A stretch of 64,000 bases of DNA, from positions 1 to 64,000 of the forward strand of contig JAVKOQ020000001.1 in NCBI GenBank assembly GCA_031835245.2, read 5' to 3'. The stretch comes from Balamuthia mandrillaris (Eukaryota). Under the pieces are notes generated by a model. That model worked only from the letters and a program-made list of their open reading frames with translations, ran no database searches and was not told where the DNA came from. Within the stretch, counting starts at the first letter, position 1, and every line of letters begins with the position of its first letter. The position numbers and the translations under genes are program-made. Of this stretch, positions 1-20,700 are shown in pieces.

Positions 1-141
1 CCCGTTACTGAAACGGAATGGCAGACAGAACCCGTCTCGCAACAAACGGAGGAGCCCTGGCAAACAACCCCTCCTCCTTGGGAATCACCTGAGCCCTGGG
101 AAACGCCACAACCCTGGCCAACAGCAGGCATGTGGTCTTAA
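1..141 (+). CDS. 3' end of a gene with Pro/Thr/Glu/Trp repeats (partial)
   Basis: Frame 1 is open from the window edge: PVTETEWQTEPVSQQTEEPWQTTPPPWESPEPWETPQPWPTAGMWS*, with TAA at 139-141. Confidence 0.5.
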   Translation, partial: PVTETEWQTEPVSQQTEEPWQTTPPPWESPEPWETPQPWPTAGMWS

Positions 142-536
142 AAACAAAGAAAAGAAGGGCGCAAAGGGGTGGGGGTGACTGGAAAGGAAGCTTCCGCGAA
201 TAAACAACGGGTTAGTCTTTTGGGTCACTGAGCATGTATCCCGCCAAAACAACCCACGTCTGTGAGCCTTGTCACTGGAAGAAAATTTTGCGTGTTTTCC
301 TCAGGAACTGTGGGCCTCCGCCTTTGTAGCTCATGGGCGAGAGAGAGAGAGACAAGCCAATTTACCGTTAAAAACTTTTCCAGGAACCTTTTTCAATGAA
401 AAATGAATTGCTCCTCAAGCAATAACCGCCGAAAAGAGGAAAGAAGAAAAGAGGCCGAGAAGAAAGCGCGGGAAGACCTCGAACACCTCCTCTTTGTGCG
501 GAAGACCAACCCATTCGCACGGCTGGCCCTTGGTAG

Positions 537-7181
<6,645 letters not shown>

Positions 7182-7245
7182 CAAATAAGTTCTGGTTCTC
7201 TTTCGTTATTTTGTCATTCTTGTAAAAACTAAACAAATATAACGT

Positions 7246-8020
7246 TTACAATGCACCACCTCGAATGATAGAGCCTTCTCTGACCCTGGCGTTCATTGCT
7301 TGCCTGGGATTCTCTTCATCATCAGAGCTGGCCTCGGCGGCCTCACCTCTATTCTGCATCTCAACGCCTTCATCCTCCTCTTTCTTCCGGAATAGAGAGT
7401 CCAGCTTGCCAAAGACCTTGTCTTCCAAAGCGCTGTTGCAGGCAAGGGCGCCGGCTGGTGTCCTCTTGATGACGGATCCGCCTCTGCCTTTCATGTCATA
7501 ACCACTGCCTCCATGATGATCCTCATCCAAACCTGTTGTCAATGTAAGTTGTTAGCAGCAATCTCTGTGAGAAACTGAAATAGAAATAACGCGGAAGACA
7601 CTGACCAGCAATTTCGACGGTGTGAGAAACCCGCAAGAAACCAAGCACGCGGAGAGCAAAAAACAATATTCCAGAGAGGCTGCAAGACCACAACGCGATA
7701 ACTATTACAGCGACGATCTGGACACCAAGTTGCTTGCCAGAAGAAGACTACCAATGAAACACATTAGTGAATGTCTCCCACTAAGCAGGCATTCAACGTA
7801 CGCCAACAAAGACTCCGTAATCGTCACTTTCGCGATAAACCTCTGCCACATGGTCCTCCGAAGCAAAAAATCCAACGGCAATAACGCCCCAAGCACCACA
7901 GAAGAAATGGAGTGGAGATGCGTCCACTGGATCGTCAATTCTCAACAGCTCCAGCAATTTGGATGAGAAGAAGTAAACAAAAGCACTGATAACTGCACTC
8001 AATGAAACGAATAAGTACTG

Positions 8021-8065
<45 letters not shown>

Positions 8066-8606
8066 ATAAAGGTACTAATACAACGTACTCCCAATAACTA
8101 ACGCAGCCCATGGTTGCACCACTGAACAACCAGCCGTGATGCCAATAAGTCCTGCCAACGCTCCGTTCAACGCCGTTGACAGATCCATCAGCAGTGCTTT
8201 GTCCATAACAGCTGACCACATAATGCTGATGAAGAGCGTGAAGACAGCGCCAGCACAAGCTGAGACGGTTGTTGTTACAGCGCTGCGAGCAGCCACGGCA
8301 GAAAAGCCGCCGGACGCCATCAAAGTAGAGCCTGGGTTGAATCCATACCAACCAGTCCACAAAATGAAAGTTCTAAAGAGAAAAATAAAGGAGCGTGAGC
8401 TCGTGATTGTGAAACCTCAAGAATCACAAAAAGAGGTGGTAAACCCTAAAGCGCTGTAGGCAATGTTGTGGCCATGAATCTTGCCCGTGAACCATTTTCC
8501 TTTGTCGAATCTGCCCAATCGGGGACCAATGATAATGGCTCCCATTAAGCCGCATCCACCTCCCACCATGTGCACCACTCTGTTTTGAAGAAACGAAAGA
8601 GGAAAT

Positions 8607-8646
<40 letters not shown>

Positions 8647-9478
8647 GAAGTGTTATTACCCACTCCCAGCAAAGTCTATAAGTCCCACATCACTGACGAA
8701 ATAATCTCCATCAGCTTTGAATGCGCTGAGCCAACCTGTTGAGCTCCAACACCCTTCTTTCCGTGTTAGTAGAGTACTTCAACTAAAAGAACGAAACTAT
8801 AGCAAAGCAGACAAGAATATACTTACAATGGACTACAACTGGATAGATAAAGCCACTGATGGCAGAAGTGTAGATCAAATAAGCTTTCATGCGGCATCGT
8901 TCTGCTACACATCCAGAGACGATTGTGGCTGCTGTGGCTGCAAACGTGAACTTTTCGTTTTGTCTTTAGTTCCACGAAAAATAACAATTTAAAACAAAGA
9001 AGATAGTTACTTGGAAGAAGAAATAAATATAACTCTGTGTAGAGTCGTCGTCATCAATTCCAGAGAGAGCAAAATATCTGTCACCAATGAACTCGTTGTC
9101 ATCTTCGTCTCCGAAGGCAAAGCCAAAGCCAACCAGGTAGAACACCAAACCTCCGAATGCAGCATCCGCTAAGTTCTTTTTATTACAACAAGAAACAATT
9201 CCCTCAGTTCTGTTTTTCAGCTCAAGAAGCTCTTCAAGCGAGAAACATACCTTCAAAAGAATGTTTGTAACGTTTTTTTGTTGAATGGAACCAGCTTCCA
9301 ACAACGCAAAACCAGCTTGCATGACTGTTGCAGTAACGCGTGAGACGAGACAACAAGGCAGAAGAACAGGAAGAAACTGAGACGTACAGAAAACGAGAGT
9401 GCCAGCAACTAACACCCAGATTGTATCAAGGTCGCTGGCAAGAGCAGCAACGGCATCTTCTGATCCTGCACTCGACAT
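7246..9478 (-). CDS. Ammonium transporter (AMT family), multi-exon
   Basis: [56 protein letters not shown] and GLDEDHHGG motifs. Confidence 0.95.
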
Positions 9479-9809
9479 GTTGTGCTATGCGTAACTTGTA
9501 AGAAAGAGAAAAGCTTACTGCAATGGTCGTTTCTCTCTTTGGCTTAGTTTTAATCGCGATGCTGTTATTATGCATATGTCAAATAACAGGAAGGCTTGAA
9601 GGGATAGGGAGATGTATTGCGTCATTTAACGAAAGAGGCAAGATCCACGACAAAGTTCCTCCAACCCGAACTTGGTTAATACATGTAGTCGTAAGTTTCG
9701 CAATCCGTGAACATAAACAATCAATTACAAACTTGATGTTAATTAATCGTTCTGGCCTGCCGCTTGGTGCACCCTTTCCGCTTGCTGAGCCTTTGGTGAG
9801 GAGTGTTGG

Positions 9810-10451
9810 TTACATTTTTTCAAATGTCATGGTGAGGCCGCAAATGGAACAGCTCTTTGTCCACAAGCCCTGATCTTCGTCCACCAAAGTCTCTTGAAAG
9901 GCATGAGCGTGACTGATAGATAAACCTTTTGACAATTGCTGTGGACTGCCATCAGAAGAAGACAAGAAAGATGATGAGGAAGAGGAGGAAGAAGATGAGG
10001 TGGGTGAAGAGGAGAGCTGTTGTGACGTCTCTCCGTGGTGTTCACTATTGCTTAGATCAATAGTTGCCGTTGAAGAAGAAGCAGGTTCATTGGTATTGTA
10101 GTTTTCGTTGATGTATTCTTGGACCAGTATTCTCTTTGCTAGCTTACGCCATCGCTCGGCCACCAGCTTTCTTCTCTTTTCTCGCTCTGCTTGCAGTTTT
10201 CGGTACATTTCCTCTTCACAAACCTTTTAAAACATTTTACTAAGGAGAGAAGAAGAGGGAGAAAAAGGGAGTGTAAAAACGTGAACGAGCAGTACCTCTC
10301 TCAAGAGATCAGCAAATTCCTCAAAAACAACTCCTCCCTGGATATCAGGATAAGAACGACCTCCTTGAGTCTTCCAAGCTACCTGTAAAGACCAAGAAAC
10401 AATAGCTGAGCAACAACAAATCTGAGAGGAGAGAAGTGGCTGAAAAAAAGT

Positions 10452-10496
<45 letters not shown>

Positions 10497-13361
10497 CAAA
10501 AAACCATAGCAGGAGCACAATCGATGTGAAGCTTGTTAGCCACTCGAAACACGTTTGGAAGGTTGATATGCACAGTTCCAACGGGCACCATTTCGGGATG
10601 AAAGAGATAGACATTGCCGTAGGAGTTGCGAGGGACTTTGCCTTCGCTTGCTACTGGTGGAACATATTTTGTGGTTTGCCATTCTCCAAATAGAGAAAGA
10701 GTTCTTTGCTCCTCGTTCATTTCGGTGGTGTTGGTACTCATCGTTACGTCAGCTTCTTGTTCTTGTTGCGAATTGCTGTTGCGTCTTTTGTTGGGTTTTT
10801 GTTTCTTTTGGATGACTTTGTAAGGTTGTTCTCCGACTTTAACCATTTTGCCTTTTTGTAACCACTTTTCTGGTGTGTGAAGCTATTGAATAACACCCTC
10901 AGTACAAAAGCAATAAAAAGGAATAAGCAAGGAGGATGCAATACGAACCATTTTAACGCAAGAACGAGGATAAACATGCCATCCTTTGAACTCGCCAATC
11001 ATATAATCCGGGCCACGAGGATACAACGCTTCGTATTTGAGCAGATGTTTCTCAAGACAATAGAGCGGATGATTCTTGAAGCCAGCTAAGGTGGTTGGTA
11101 GTGGTTCTATCAGCTCTAATGCTTGTAGCTCCGTTTCGTCAACATCTTCTTGGTCTCGGCACCGACTAGGGTCCGAAACGAGAGCGAGTGTTTGTCGGAG
11201 CCAATCCTCATCGCAACGTTCTGCAATGGCTTCTGACCAACGAGCGACATAACGTCTCGTTACATCACGAATACTTTTGGAGGATTCTACGAGGAAGAGG
11301 GAGGAAAAAATGGCAATTGTCAGTTGAGAAAGGAAGAAAGAAAGAAAGAAAAGAAGGGATACCAGAAAAACTGAGCGCATAAGGGAAAGGAAGCATTCCA
11401 GTGTTTTGTTCATAGCGTGTTGGTTCATCAATGTAGTTGTTAAGCACATCTACAGCTGTTAAAATCGTTTCATCAACGATATAAGACAACTAGAGTTAAG
11501 AAGATCAAAAAATACCTCCAAAGATAGAAAATATACCTATCCATCGCTGTTGGCTTTCAGAAAATAGTTCTGCCCATACATGTTGTTCATATTGAACAGA
11601 TAGCTCAACCGCCCTTCCTTCTTCTCTGTCCTCTTCCTTATCTCCTTCCAATTCTTTCTTCTTCTTTGTTGTTGCCTTTTTCTTTCTGTTGGTTGTCGTT
11701 GCTTTATGCTTTTTCTGTGTAACCAAATTTGTAATAGAGTCTGATCGGGAGAAGGTTGCCAGCAAGTCTTTCACGGGCTCAGCCTTGCGTTTCTTATTTC
11801 CAGGTGGTGTTGTTTCATCTTTGTTATTTCTTGTTGCTGTTGTTGAAGCAGATGAGGACGAAGATGAAGACGACGATTTGGTTGGTGTGGTTATGGATTC
11901 GTCGTTTTCATCTTCAATTGGTTCCTGACGTTTGGCTTTACTTCGAAGGCTGAACGATGAGGAGTTTCTTCGTTTCAAGAGTTTCGCTTTGTTGGTGCTG
12001 AAAGGAATTGGAGAAACAACACAAACATAGCGTGTGTGCATCGAGAGAGAGCGACAAAGACTAACAAAAAGCTATTTTCAGAGCAAACAAAGAAACATAA
12101 GAACAGCATAAGAACTACGAAAAAGCAGAAACGGACCTGAGTGATTTGTTTCGGAGTTCCTTTTCGATGTTCCAAACTTTGCATTAATGAAGTCGGTATG
12201 TCCGAGAATGATGTGTGCTCTTCTTTCTTCTCTCCCTCTTCTTTTTCTTTTGCTTCTTCTTCCTTTTCATAGTCCTTTTCGTTCCCCTCTTTCTCTGAAA
12301 CAAGTTCAAAGTAAGATTGAAAGAACTGAACAAGATTCCGCAACTTTGAAGTAAAGCTTCCTCCTCCACCCGTTCTTCTTCTTTCAGTCGGTCGACTATC
12401 ATGCCTTGCGATTCCAAACGAAGAAGCCAGTTTCGGAGGAAGAATGGATAAAACGGAGGCCTGAAGCAAGGCATCGTCAAGTTGAAGGTTAACGTTGTAG
12501 TGATGGAAGAGAAGACAGAGCAAATGGGCCTTGTGCAGGTTCATTGCCAGCTCTTTCTCTTTCTTGGTGCGACCGGTGTTTTGCTTCTTCTTCTTCTTTT
12601 GAACGCTGTCGTTCGGTTTGTTCCTGCGTCCTCCTCTTCTGCCTTCCGTTATTATTGTTCTTTGTATTTGTTGTGTGAGAAGAAAGAAAGAAGCAAAGCA
12701 GGAAGCAAAGAGGCAAGGATAAGGAAAAAAAGGTACATGATTTGAGAGGAAGCGTCATCCTTGTTCGCTCGTTCCGCTGTTTGTTTGCCCACGAGGGCAG
12801 TGTCATCGGGCTTGGCGACAGGATCAGCCTCTTCGCTGCCCTCTGCACACAGCGCACCATTAAAATGTCAGTGAGAAAAAACTGGAAGCTAGAAGAGATC
12901 AAACCGTTCCAATCGACTTGTTCCCATTCGACATCTTCTTCCTCTTCCTCTTCCTCGCCTTCCTCTTGCGCTTCTTCCTCTTCTTCCTCTTCCTCCTCTT
13001 CCTTTCCGTCTTCAACGTCTTTTTCAAATTGTTCCGTCTCTGCTTCTTCGTCCTCCTCTTCCTCCTTTTCGTTCTCACGTCCTCGATCACGTTTGCGCGC
13101 TCGCTCCGATGTTCCACCACCGCTTCCCTTCTCCTTCTTTTCATCTCTCTTCAGCTCTCGGAGTTGCTCCTCAGCTTCTTCCTCCACATCGTTGCTTCTT
13201 TTTTTCCTTCCTCCGATTTGTCGTGCTCGTCTCCTTCCGGTCGTATTCTTCTTCTTCGCGACCACTTCCTCATCTTCTCCGCTGTTCCTTGACCTCCTCT
13301 TTCTCACCGGCGCTTCCTTCCCTCCGCCACCGCTTTCCTTCCGCTTCTTCTGCCTCGCCAT
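9810..13361 (-). CDS. XPC: DNA repair protein XPC/RAD4
   Basis: HKAHLLCLL, LFVSLCRSL, HVWAELF..RWI, IRDVTRRY, PLPTTLAGFKNHPLYCLEKHL, LFGEWQT..GKVPRNSYGNV and C-terminal FEKM*. Confidence 0.93.
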
Positions 13362-13409
13362 CTTCTCGCTTGGTTTTTTCTTTTCCTGGAAAAGTTTCAC
13401 ACAATATGA

Positions 13410-13530
13410 TATTTTGCCGACAATTTATTATTGTAGACATAATTAGAATCAATGTCGTCATGAATTTATTTTGCCGACAAGTTATAATTGTGGACAATCG
13501 TAGAAACCAATGTCGTCATGAATGTCTACA
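13410..13530. promoter_or_regulatory. Bidirectional promoter made of two imperfect ~57-bp tandem units
   Basis: TATTTTGCCGACAA..AATGTCGTCATGAAT starts at 13410 and again at 13467, between divergent ATGs at 13361 and 13542. Confidence 0.65.
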
Positions 13531-13541
13531 GAAAAGCACGC

Positions 13542-14911
13542 ATGATGGAAGAACGTAGCAAAGAGGCGGTGGGGGCTTCCAGCAGCGGCATTCCGGTGAT
13601 AGACCTGTCGGCATGGGAGGCGTACGAAGAAACGCGAGGAGCAGGAGACACGGGTGAGTTGTCCAAGGAGGCTCAGGATGTCGTGCGGCAGGTGGACCAC
13701 GCCGTTCGCCACGTGGGCTTCATGTACCTCTCCCGCTTTACCTCTCCTTCTTTGAAGGTTTGATCAGCATTCACTTTTCTTCTTCTTCTTTCTTCTTTCC
13801 TGCCTTCTTCTTGTTGCATTTCCTTTTGACCTTTTGGTCACCAAAAGGAAGTGGAAGAAATGTTCCGTTTGTCAACCGACTTCTTCTCCCTGCCGTCCAG
13901 CGCGAAACAGCGGCTGGCCTATCCCTCCACGGAGAAGAACGTCGGCTACATCTCCGTGGCGAGAGAGAGGTTGAACCCGGACGAGAATCGCGCCGGCGAC
14001 CTCAAAGAGGCCTTCAACACCTCTCACCACTCTGACATGTCTTCTTTCTGGCTTCAACAGCAAAACGAAGAAGAAGAAGAAAGGAAGACAGGAGGAGAAG
14101 AGGACAACAAAGAGAGAGAAGAACAGGTGGAAGAGTTGAAGAGGATGACCAAAGAATTCTTTGAGAGGTGCGAGGTGTTGGCGAGAAAAGTGTTGAGGAT
14201 CTTCGCTTTGGCGTTGGGCCTGGAGCGAGGAGACTTTTTCGAGGACGTCCTGACGGAGCACAGGCACACGCTGCGCATGCTGCATTATCCACCTCTCACT
14301 GAAGAAGAAGCAACAAAGGCCATCGCTGCTGGACAGAGTATATCTTTTCTTTCTCTCTCTGGCTCTCCGCTCTCTCTCCCTTCTGTTCTTTGCTGAGCTC
14401 GTATTCCTATCTAAACACTTTTCTACTCTCACACAGCTAGAGCTGGAGAACATGATGACTATGGATGTATTACGTTATTATTTCAAGATGATGTTGGAGG
14501 GCTGCAGGTTCGAGATGCAAACGGCAATTGGATGGCCGCTCCTTGCATTCCTAACACGGTTCTAGTGAATACTGGTTCCTCTTCTTTCTTCCTATTTCTT
14601 CCTTCTGCTGTTGCTATATTGTTTTTCTTTTTTTTCTCTCTCTCTCTCTCGTTGACTCATCAAAACAAATGCAAAAAGGAGGATTGATGCAACACTGGAC
14701 AAACGGAAAGTTCAAGTCAACGAAACACCGAGTGGTAATACCGGAAGAACCAGAGCAATACGGACGTGACCGTTACTCCATCGCTTTCTTCGTTCATCCA
14801 AACGACGACACCGTCATCGTTCCGTTTCCCAGTTGTTTGGATGACAGCAACTCTTCTTCTGCCATTACAGCTGGCCAGTATTTAGCTATGCGCCTCAAAA
14901 GAAGTTATTAA
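13542..14911 (+). CDS. 2-oxoglutarate/Fe(II)-dependent dioxygenase (isopenicillin N synthase-like)
   Basis: IPVIDLS, VGFMYL, DLKEAF, LRMLHYP, GEHDDYGCITLLFQD..GGLQV, HRVV and RYSIAFF. Confidence 0.92.
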
Positions 14912-15079
14912 CGAACTACGTTTGTTCCTATTTCTCTCCCTGTTTGTTCTTTGTTAGCTTCTTTTATGTTCAGTTTCGATTCCTTTTCTTCTTTTATCGT
15001 CATTCTCTCTCTCTCTCTCTCTCTTCTCTCTTCTCTCTCTCTCACTTGCGTTTAGTAAAGGTAGATGGTTAAAGAAAAG

Positions 15080-17459
15080 TTATTCGCAAAGATCGCTGAA
15101 CGACCGACGATGACCATTCGATAGTTTTGTTGACGTACACGTTGTGGAGTAATGGTTGTTGCCATTGTTGTTTTTCATGAGTTTAGCGGAGAAGAGATTT
15201 GTGAAGCTGCGCTGTTGTTGCTGCTGTCGTTTCATCAACAGTTTCCGTTTTCTTCTTCGTCGGTTCCGTTCTCTGTTTCTCCTTGTTTTGTTGGATACTT
15301 TTGTTTCTGGTGATTCTCCCTGTTATCATTTTGTTAATTATATTACAACAAAGAAAAAGAAAAAGGAAAAATGAAAGCGAAAAGCGTACTCGTATTTCAA
15401 TGTCGCTGTTGCTACCGCTGAGAGACTGTAAGAAGAGTCCTGTTTCGCTATCTTCATCCTCTTCGTAGCGGAGTGCAATGCTGCTTCGTTGATCCTCTCC
15501 AAAACCAAGTCTGCGTGCTACCACTCCCAATATAGCTCTATAGCAAAAATTATACTTTTTTTTCAATAGCACAAAACAAAGGTTAACACAATAATTTAAA
15601 AAAAAAAAGACCGAATGAGTAAAACAAATACGAATGCACTTCAAGTAAAATGAAAGACCAGAAAAGTAGATGAAAAGAAAAATACGAGAGGGAGGGAAAC
15701 AAATGATCATATACTTGTTCAGGCTGAGTGACCATGGAAGCACGTTGCGAACGAAGATGGTCCACAAGAAGAGGGATGTTGAAACTGGGTGGAGTTGGCC
15801 CAAGCGCAAAGGCATCGGCATCCGTATGGCCAAACAAAAGATCGAGAATTGTGTGAACTACTACGAACGTTCCTGTTCGTCCTATCCCAGCACTAGTGTT
15901 TATAAGAAGTGTAAATATAAAGTTAATAAAGAGAAAGAAGTATACGAAAGAGAAACGAAAGACAAGAAAGAAAAGAACAAGAGAAAAGGGAAACAGAAGA
16001 AGAGAGTTATAGAAAAGAAAAGAAACGACAAGAAAAGACATAGAATAAAAAGAGGCAAACCTGCAATGTATAACAAGAGGCGAGGAATAAGAAAAGGGAA
16101 AAGCATCGCTGTCGTACTTTTCGTTGATGAGTCGGATGATCCGTTCCAGCTGCAGCGTTGAGTGAGGTACACCATGATCTGGCCAATCCAGGTAATGAAA
16201 ATGGTATATTTCTCTCTGTTCTTCTCCCTTTTTTTGGTGTTTCAAAAAAAAAAAAAACAAGAAGTTAAAAAGAAGTGTTAATGCTGCTGCAAATAAGAAA
16301 ACAACGAAAGGAAGTAATGAAGAGGAGAAGAAGCGAAAGAGCAAAGGAACGTACATGTTGAACGAGCAGTGTTCGTATGAGAAAGGAATAGTCCATTTTG
16401 ACAGTATTTACAATTTTAACAGTCATATCCCCAAAACGCAATCCCTCCTTATTCTGCTTGCTCGGCCAGTACTTGTGGCACTTGATCTATTCTCAACAAG
16501 TTCCCAGAAAGAATACGTTAACAAACTACTTTGGCGAGCGAGAAAGAAGAAAAAAAAGCAAACAAACCTTGCCGCCTTCCTCGTTGCGAGATAGCATTAC
16601 TACAACGTAGACGTTGCTCTCCCACAGCATGCGATAGAATGCAGGAATGGTGGTTGGCAGCGGCGCAGAGGCGGCTATGTATGGGATCTTTCTCCTCATT
16701 CCAGGTATCAAGTCTGATGTCTGTTTGCAATAACTCCATAAGACATGAAAGAAAACCGAGACGGAAGACGGAGAATAGGAGAGAGAGGAGGAAAGAGAAA
16801 AGAAGAGAGGAGACAAGGAGAGAAGGAGAGCGTGATACAGTAAGGATAGAGAGGAGAGCAGAGCGACAAACAGAAACAAGAGAGAGAGAGAGAGAGAGAA
16901 GGAAGGAAAAGAAATACAATAATGTGGCTGGCGTTGACGTAGTCAGAGCACTTTTTGGTTTTGGTGGTGAGCTTCACTCTGTTTTTATCGACTGTGGTCG
17001 TTGCAAAAAAAAAGCAGATGATGAGAGAAGAGCGACACACTGCAACAGAAAGAACGCAAAAAAAAAAATAGAAAAGCGATTCAAAGGAAGAGAGATGAAG
17101 AAAGAGGAGAAAAAAGATAGTTTACATGGAAGGATGTTGCCGTAACGGTTTTTTGCCAAGTTCTCGGCAGTAGCGGCCACAAGGCAGCTCTTGCCCCAGT
17201 CCGTTGAGGAGGAGACCGCCGCTTGTTGTTGTTGCTGCTGCTGCTCCCTTTCGTTCTCCTCCAACACCATAAACTCTTGCAACGGAGTTCCCTTCTCGAC
17301 GTGTTTTTTCAGCCCGCAGTAAAAATCCATCCAGTCGCTCCCCGAGATCTCGCCCCCCACAAAATTTGTTTTTGTTTTGTTCGTTGCCATTGTTGTCGTT
17401 GCCGCTGAGCCCGCATCTTCCTGTGTCGTTGCCCCTCCTCCGCTTCCTTCCATGTTCAT
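15080..17459 (-). CDS. Classical protein-tyrosine phosphatase
   Basis: KNRYGNILP, YVNAS, KCHKYW, WPDHGVP, IHC|SAGIGRTG (split by an intron) and RSQRASMVTQPEQ|Y. The last exon frame is inferred from splice phase. Confidence 0.9.
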
Positions 17460-17778
17460 ATGTCAACCTTGTTGTTTTCCTCCTTTCTCTCTCTTCTCTC
17501 TCGCCTTCCTTAGTTACCGTTACCTTTAAGATTTCATTAAAAAATTACCTTTTCGGGGTATGTGATGTCAGCAATCGTATAAACTTACCTTTTATTGCAA
17601 ATTTATTAAATTTTGGATTTTAAAAAATGTTAATACCCGAAATTTCCCCGATTAGCCGGTCGATCGTCACGGGTTCGACTCTCAAGATACACACAATTTT
17701 TTACATAAATAAACTGGAACACGCACACTCCTCTTGTTGTCTTTCTGTTCGCCCTTTCCTTCTGTTTTGTGATGGCGT

Positions 17779-20700
17779 TCAGTCGTCACCTGTATTCTCC
17801 CATAGAGGACTGGCTTGGACAAAGGTGTTGCCCTGGTAGATGGCGCTCTGTTCTCCAGCCATGCGAAGGCTGATGCCAGCAGCGAGGGCATCCTCCTCCG
17901 GCCTCTTCTTATGGAACCTCCACCAAATAAGGCCTGCCGCGGCGCCCGCTAACACCAACGATGCAGCCGTTGCTGCAACCACAGCCCCAATTATAATTGG
18001 CACATCGTCGTCATCGTTTCCTCCCCCACCTTTAAGTAAACATAACGCAATAGAGATAAAAAGCAAAAAGAATGTCAACAAATGCAATGAGAACATATAA
18101 GTAGAGAGGCGGATACGCACATAGAACGGTGCAATTAAGTGGGGTATCGGGAGCATATTCCAAAAGCTTGTCCCACTGCTCCACTCCCCAACACAACCCT
18201 CCGCAGTATCTGCACCGAAACAGCGTCGCATTGTTTTGCCCATTACACCCGCCACAGTCTCCATCCCACCTGCTGCACTCATCACAGTCATCCACACGAC
18301 TGAGCTCACAACGAGTGCTGTTGTTGGGATCGTCAGGAACGAGGATGCACCGGCCTTCCAAGCAATGATCCTCCTCAGGGTAGGGATCGCACTCGGTGCC
18401 GTTGGCAAGGGGGTCTCGTTCCGTGCCGCAACTTCCTCGCACGCACTTAAAGTCTTCACACAGGAAGAACGGCAGCCTTTCTGCAGCAGCATCGGCACGA
18501 AGCAGAGCCTGTTGAGGTTCCAGTTGGTTTTGAAATTGGTACTGATCCTGGCGGCGATAATCAACGAAAGGACGACAACTGGTTCCGTCAGGAAGGTCTT
18601 CCACGCGGCATTCTCCATTATCACATGTGAGCTGCAAGCACGTGCGTTGGCCGCAGAGGGTGCCGGCTGGAGCCAATACCGCAGTTTCGTTGTTGCACAC
18701 GCCATTGCCATCGCAAGTAAAGTAAGAGCAGCCGGGATAGTAAGGGCTGTCCTCATCTTCGAGAGTGAAGCAAACGGTGCTGCTGTCTCTGGGGCTGGAG
18801 GCACAGTGGCCATTCTCATCGCAGGCGAATCGCAAACACGGAGGAGCATCAAAGCCTGCAGGTTCGCAGGCAATGTCTTGGTTGATGGCTGTCGTTTCGC
18901 AGACGAGCTCCAACTGGTCATCAAACCTGCATATGCCAGAGTAACAAAAGTCGTGAAAGTCATCTCTGCCGTCGCGACAAGCCTTGTTCTCCAGAGCGTT
19001 GTTGTTGACGGTGTTGTCACAAAAGCCAACGTTGCCATTTGCTCTACAAACGCTCCTTTTGCAAGGCTCCGGAGCGAGCCCACAGGAATGCTCCAAGGTT
19101 CGAGCAGCAATTGGAGTTTGAACGCACTCAGCAGAGGCATCGCAAGTGAACTCCATGCAAGTAGCAGGTGTTCCACTTCCAGCACAAAACGTGCCAACCG
19201 CCAACGGATTGTAGACGCAGAGCTCTGCTGCGTTGGGATCGCTGGAACAGGCCACTGAGTGACACGTCCTCGCAGGACAGTCCGAGTGATCACCAGTTAT
19301 GGAGGGAACACAGTTGCCAGCTCCATCGCAGGTGTAAGCCAAGCAGCTATGGTCACGTGCGGCAGGACACGAGCTCCCTGCATTTTGAAACTGGCCTGCC
19401 TTGCATTGGCCAAAGTTTGCTTCGTCGCACGCTGGGTGGAAGCAGGTAATGGGAGCACAGTCAGTGGTATCTCCGGTCAAGTCAGGCACGCAGCTGCCAC
19501 CTTCACAGAAGTAAGCAATGCAGCTGTGATCGATGGGTCCAGTGCAGGCAGTTCCATCGTCCTTCGGAGCCAACGCGCAGCTGCCACCGGTACACTCTCC
19601 CTGTAGACAGGCATTGTTGTTCTCTCCTGTAAAGTCACAAAGCAAACCATTGGGCACGTTAACAGGTTGGCAGGTCCCGCTCTGGCACTGTCCTGCGGTG
19701 CATTGGTTATCATCGTTATAGGGGCATGAGGTGGTATCAGCCAACGGAACTGCGTTGCAAGTGCCTCCTCCACACTGTCCTTTCACACAAGGATTTGACT
19801 GATCCGCCAGAGTGCAGGACCTGGAATCGGTGACTTGCACAGCGACGCAGGTGCCAGAGGAACAGGTGCCAGTCACGCAAGAATTTCCTCCACCAAGAGA
19901 GCAAGCTCCAGCAGCGTTGCCGGTGACTTGGCAACTGCCAGACACACAAGACTTGACCTTGCATGCTTCGTTTTGAGAGCAGCTGCCACGCGGGGTGTTG
20001 GAGACTGTGCAGCCACCGGCACCATTGCATACTCCAGACTGACATACGCTGAGATTGTCATTGCAAGAACGGTCTGCCCCGTAAAAGTTTTGAATGCAGT
20101 TTCCATTTCCGTCGCACTTGGCGCTGGCAGGGCGGCACCGCGTATGGAAGGAAGGGTTGTTGATAACCGGACAGCTGGTGTCAGCGGCTTTGTTGGCGAC
20201 CTGACATGTTCCCTGTGCTGTGCATCTGCCCTCTTGACAAGAGGTTAGAGTGGTGCCAGTGGGGGAGCACGTCTGTCCTGTCTTGGGGAGCACTTGACAC
20301 GTTCCGTCGCTGGTGCATCTGCCTTCCTGGCATGCGCTCAAGGTCATGCCAGAAGGCGTGCATTGGGTATCGGCAAGGGCCAAGGCCACCTCGCAAACTC
20401 CGTTCACGCAAAGCCTTCTCCGGCAGGGTGCCAGCCCAGTTGTGGAACCGCAAGTCTGGCCGTTCTTGTCGTTAACAGCGCGTCCTCCTGTGGCACAAAC
20501 GCAGTTGAAGCACTCGGTGGGTTCGCCACCAAGGTTGCAGGACGCTCCGTTGTCCTTGTTTTTGTATTCACATTTCCTGGAGGACCCACCAGCACACGTC
20601 CACGTGGTGCATCGTGTGTTTATGCGAAAGTTTTGATCGTAGTTGGAGATTGAGTTGAGGGAGGTGTCTGTACCGGTGGAGCAAGGACTGTCCTTGCTGC

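Noticed and set aside
17650..17690. tRNA gene (B-box-like GGTTCGACTC at 17672)
   Set aside because: No cloverleaf, the T-stem does not pair and the A-box spacing is too short. At most an isolated B-box.
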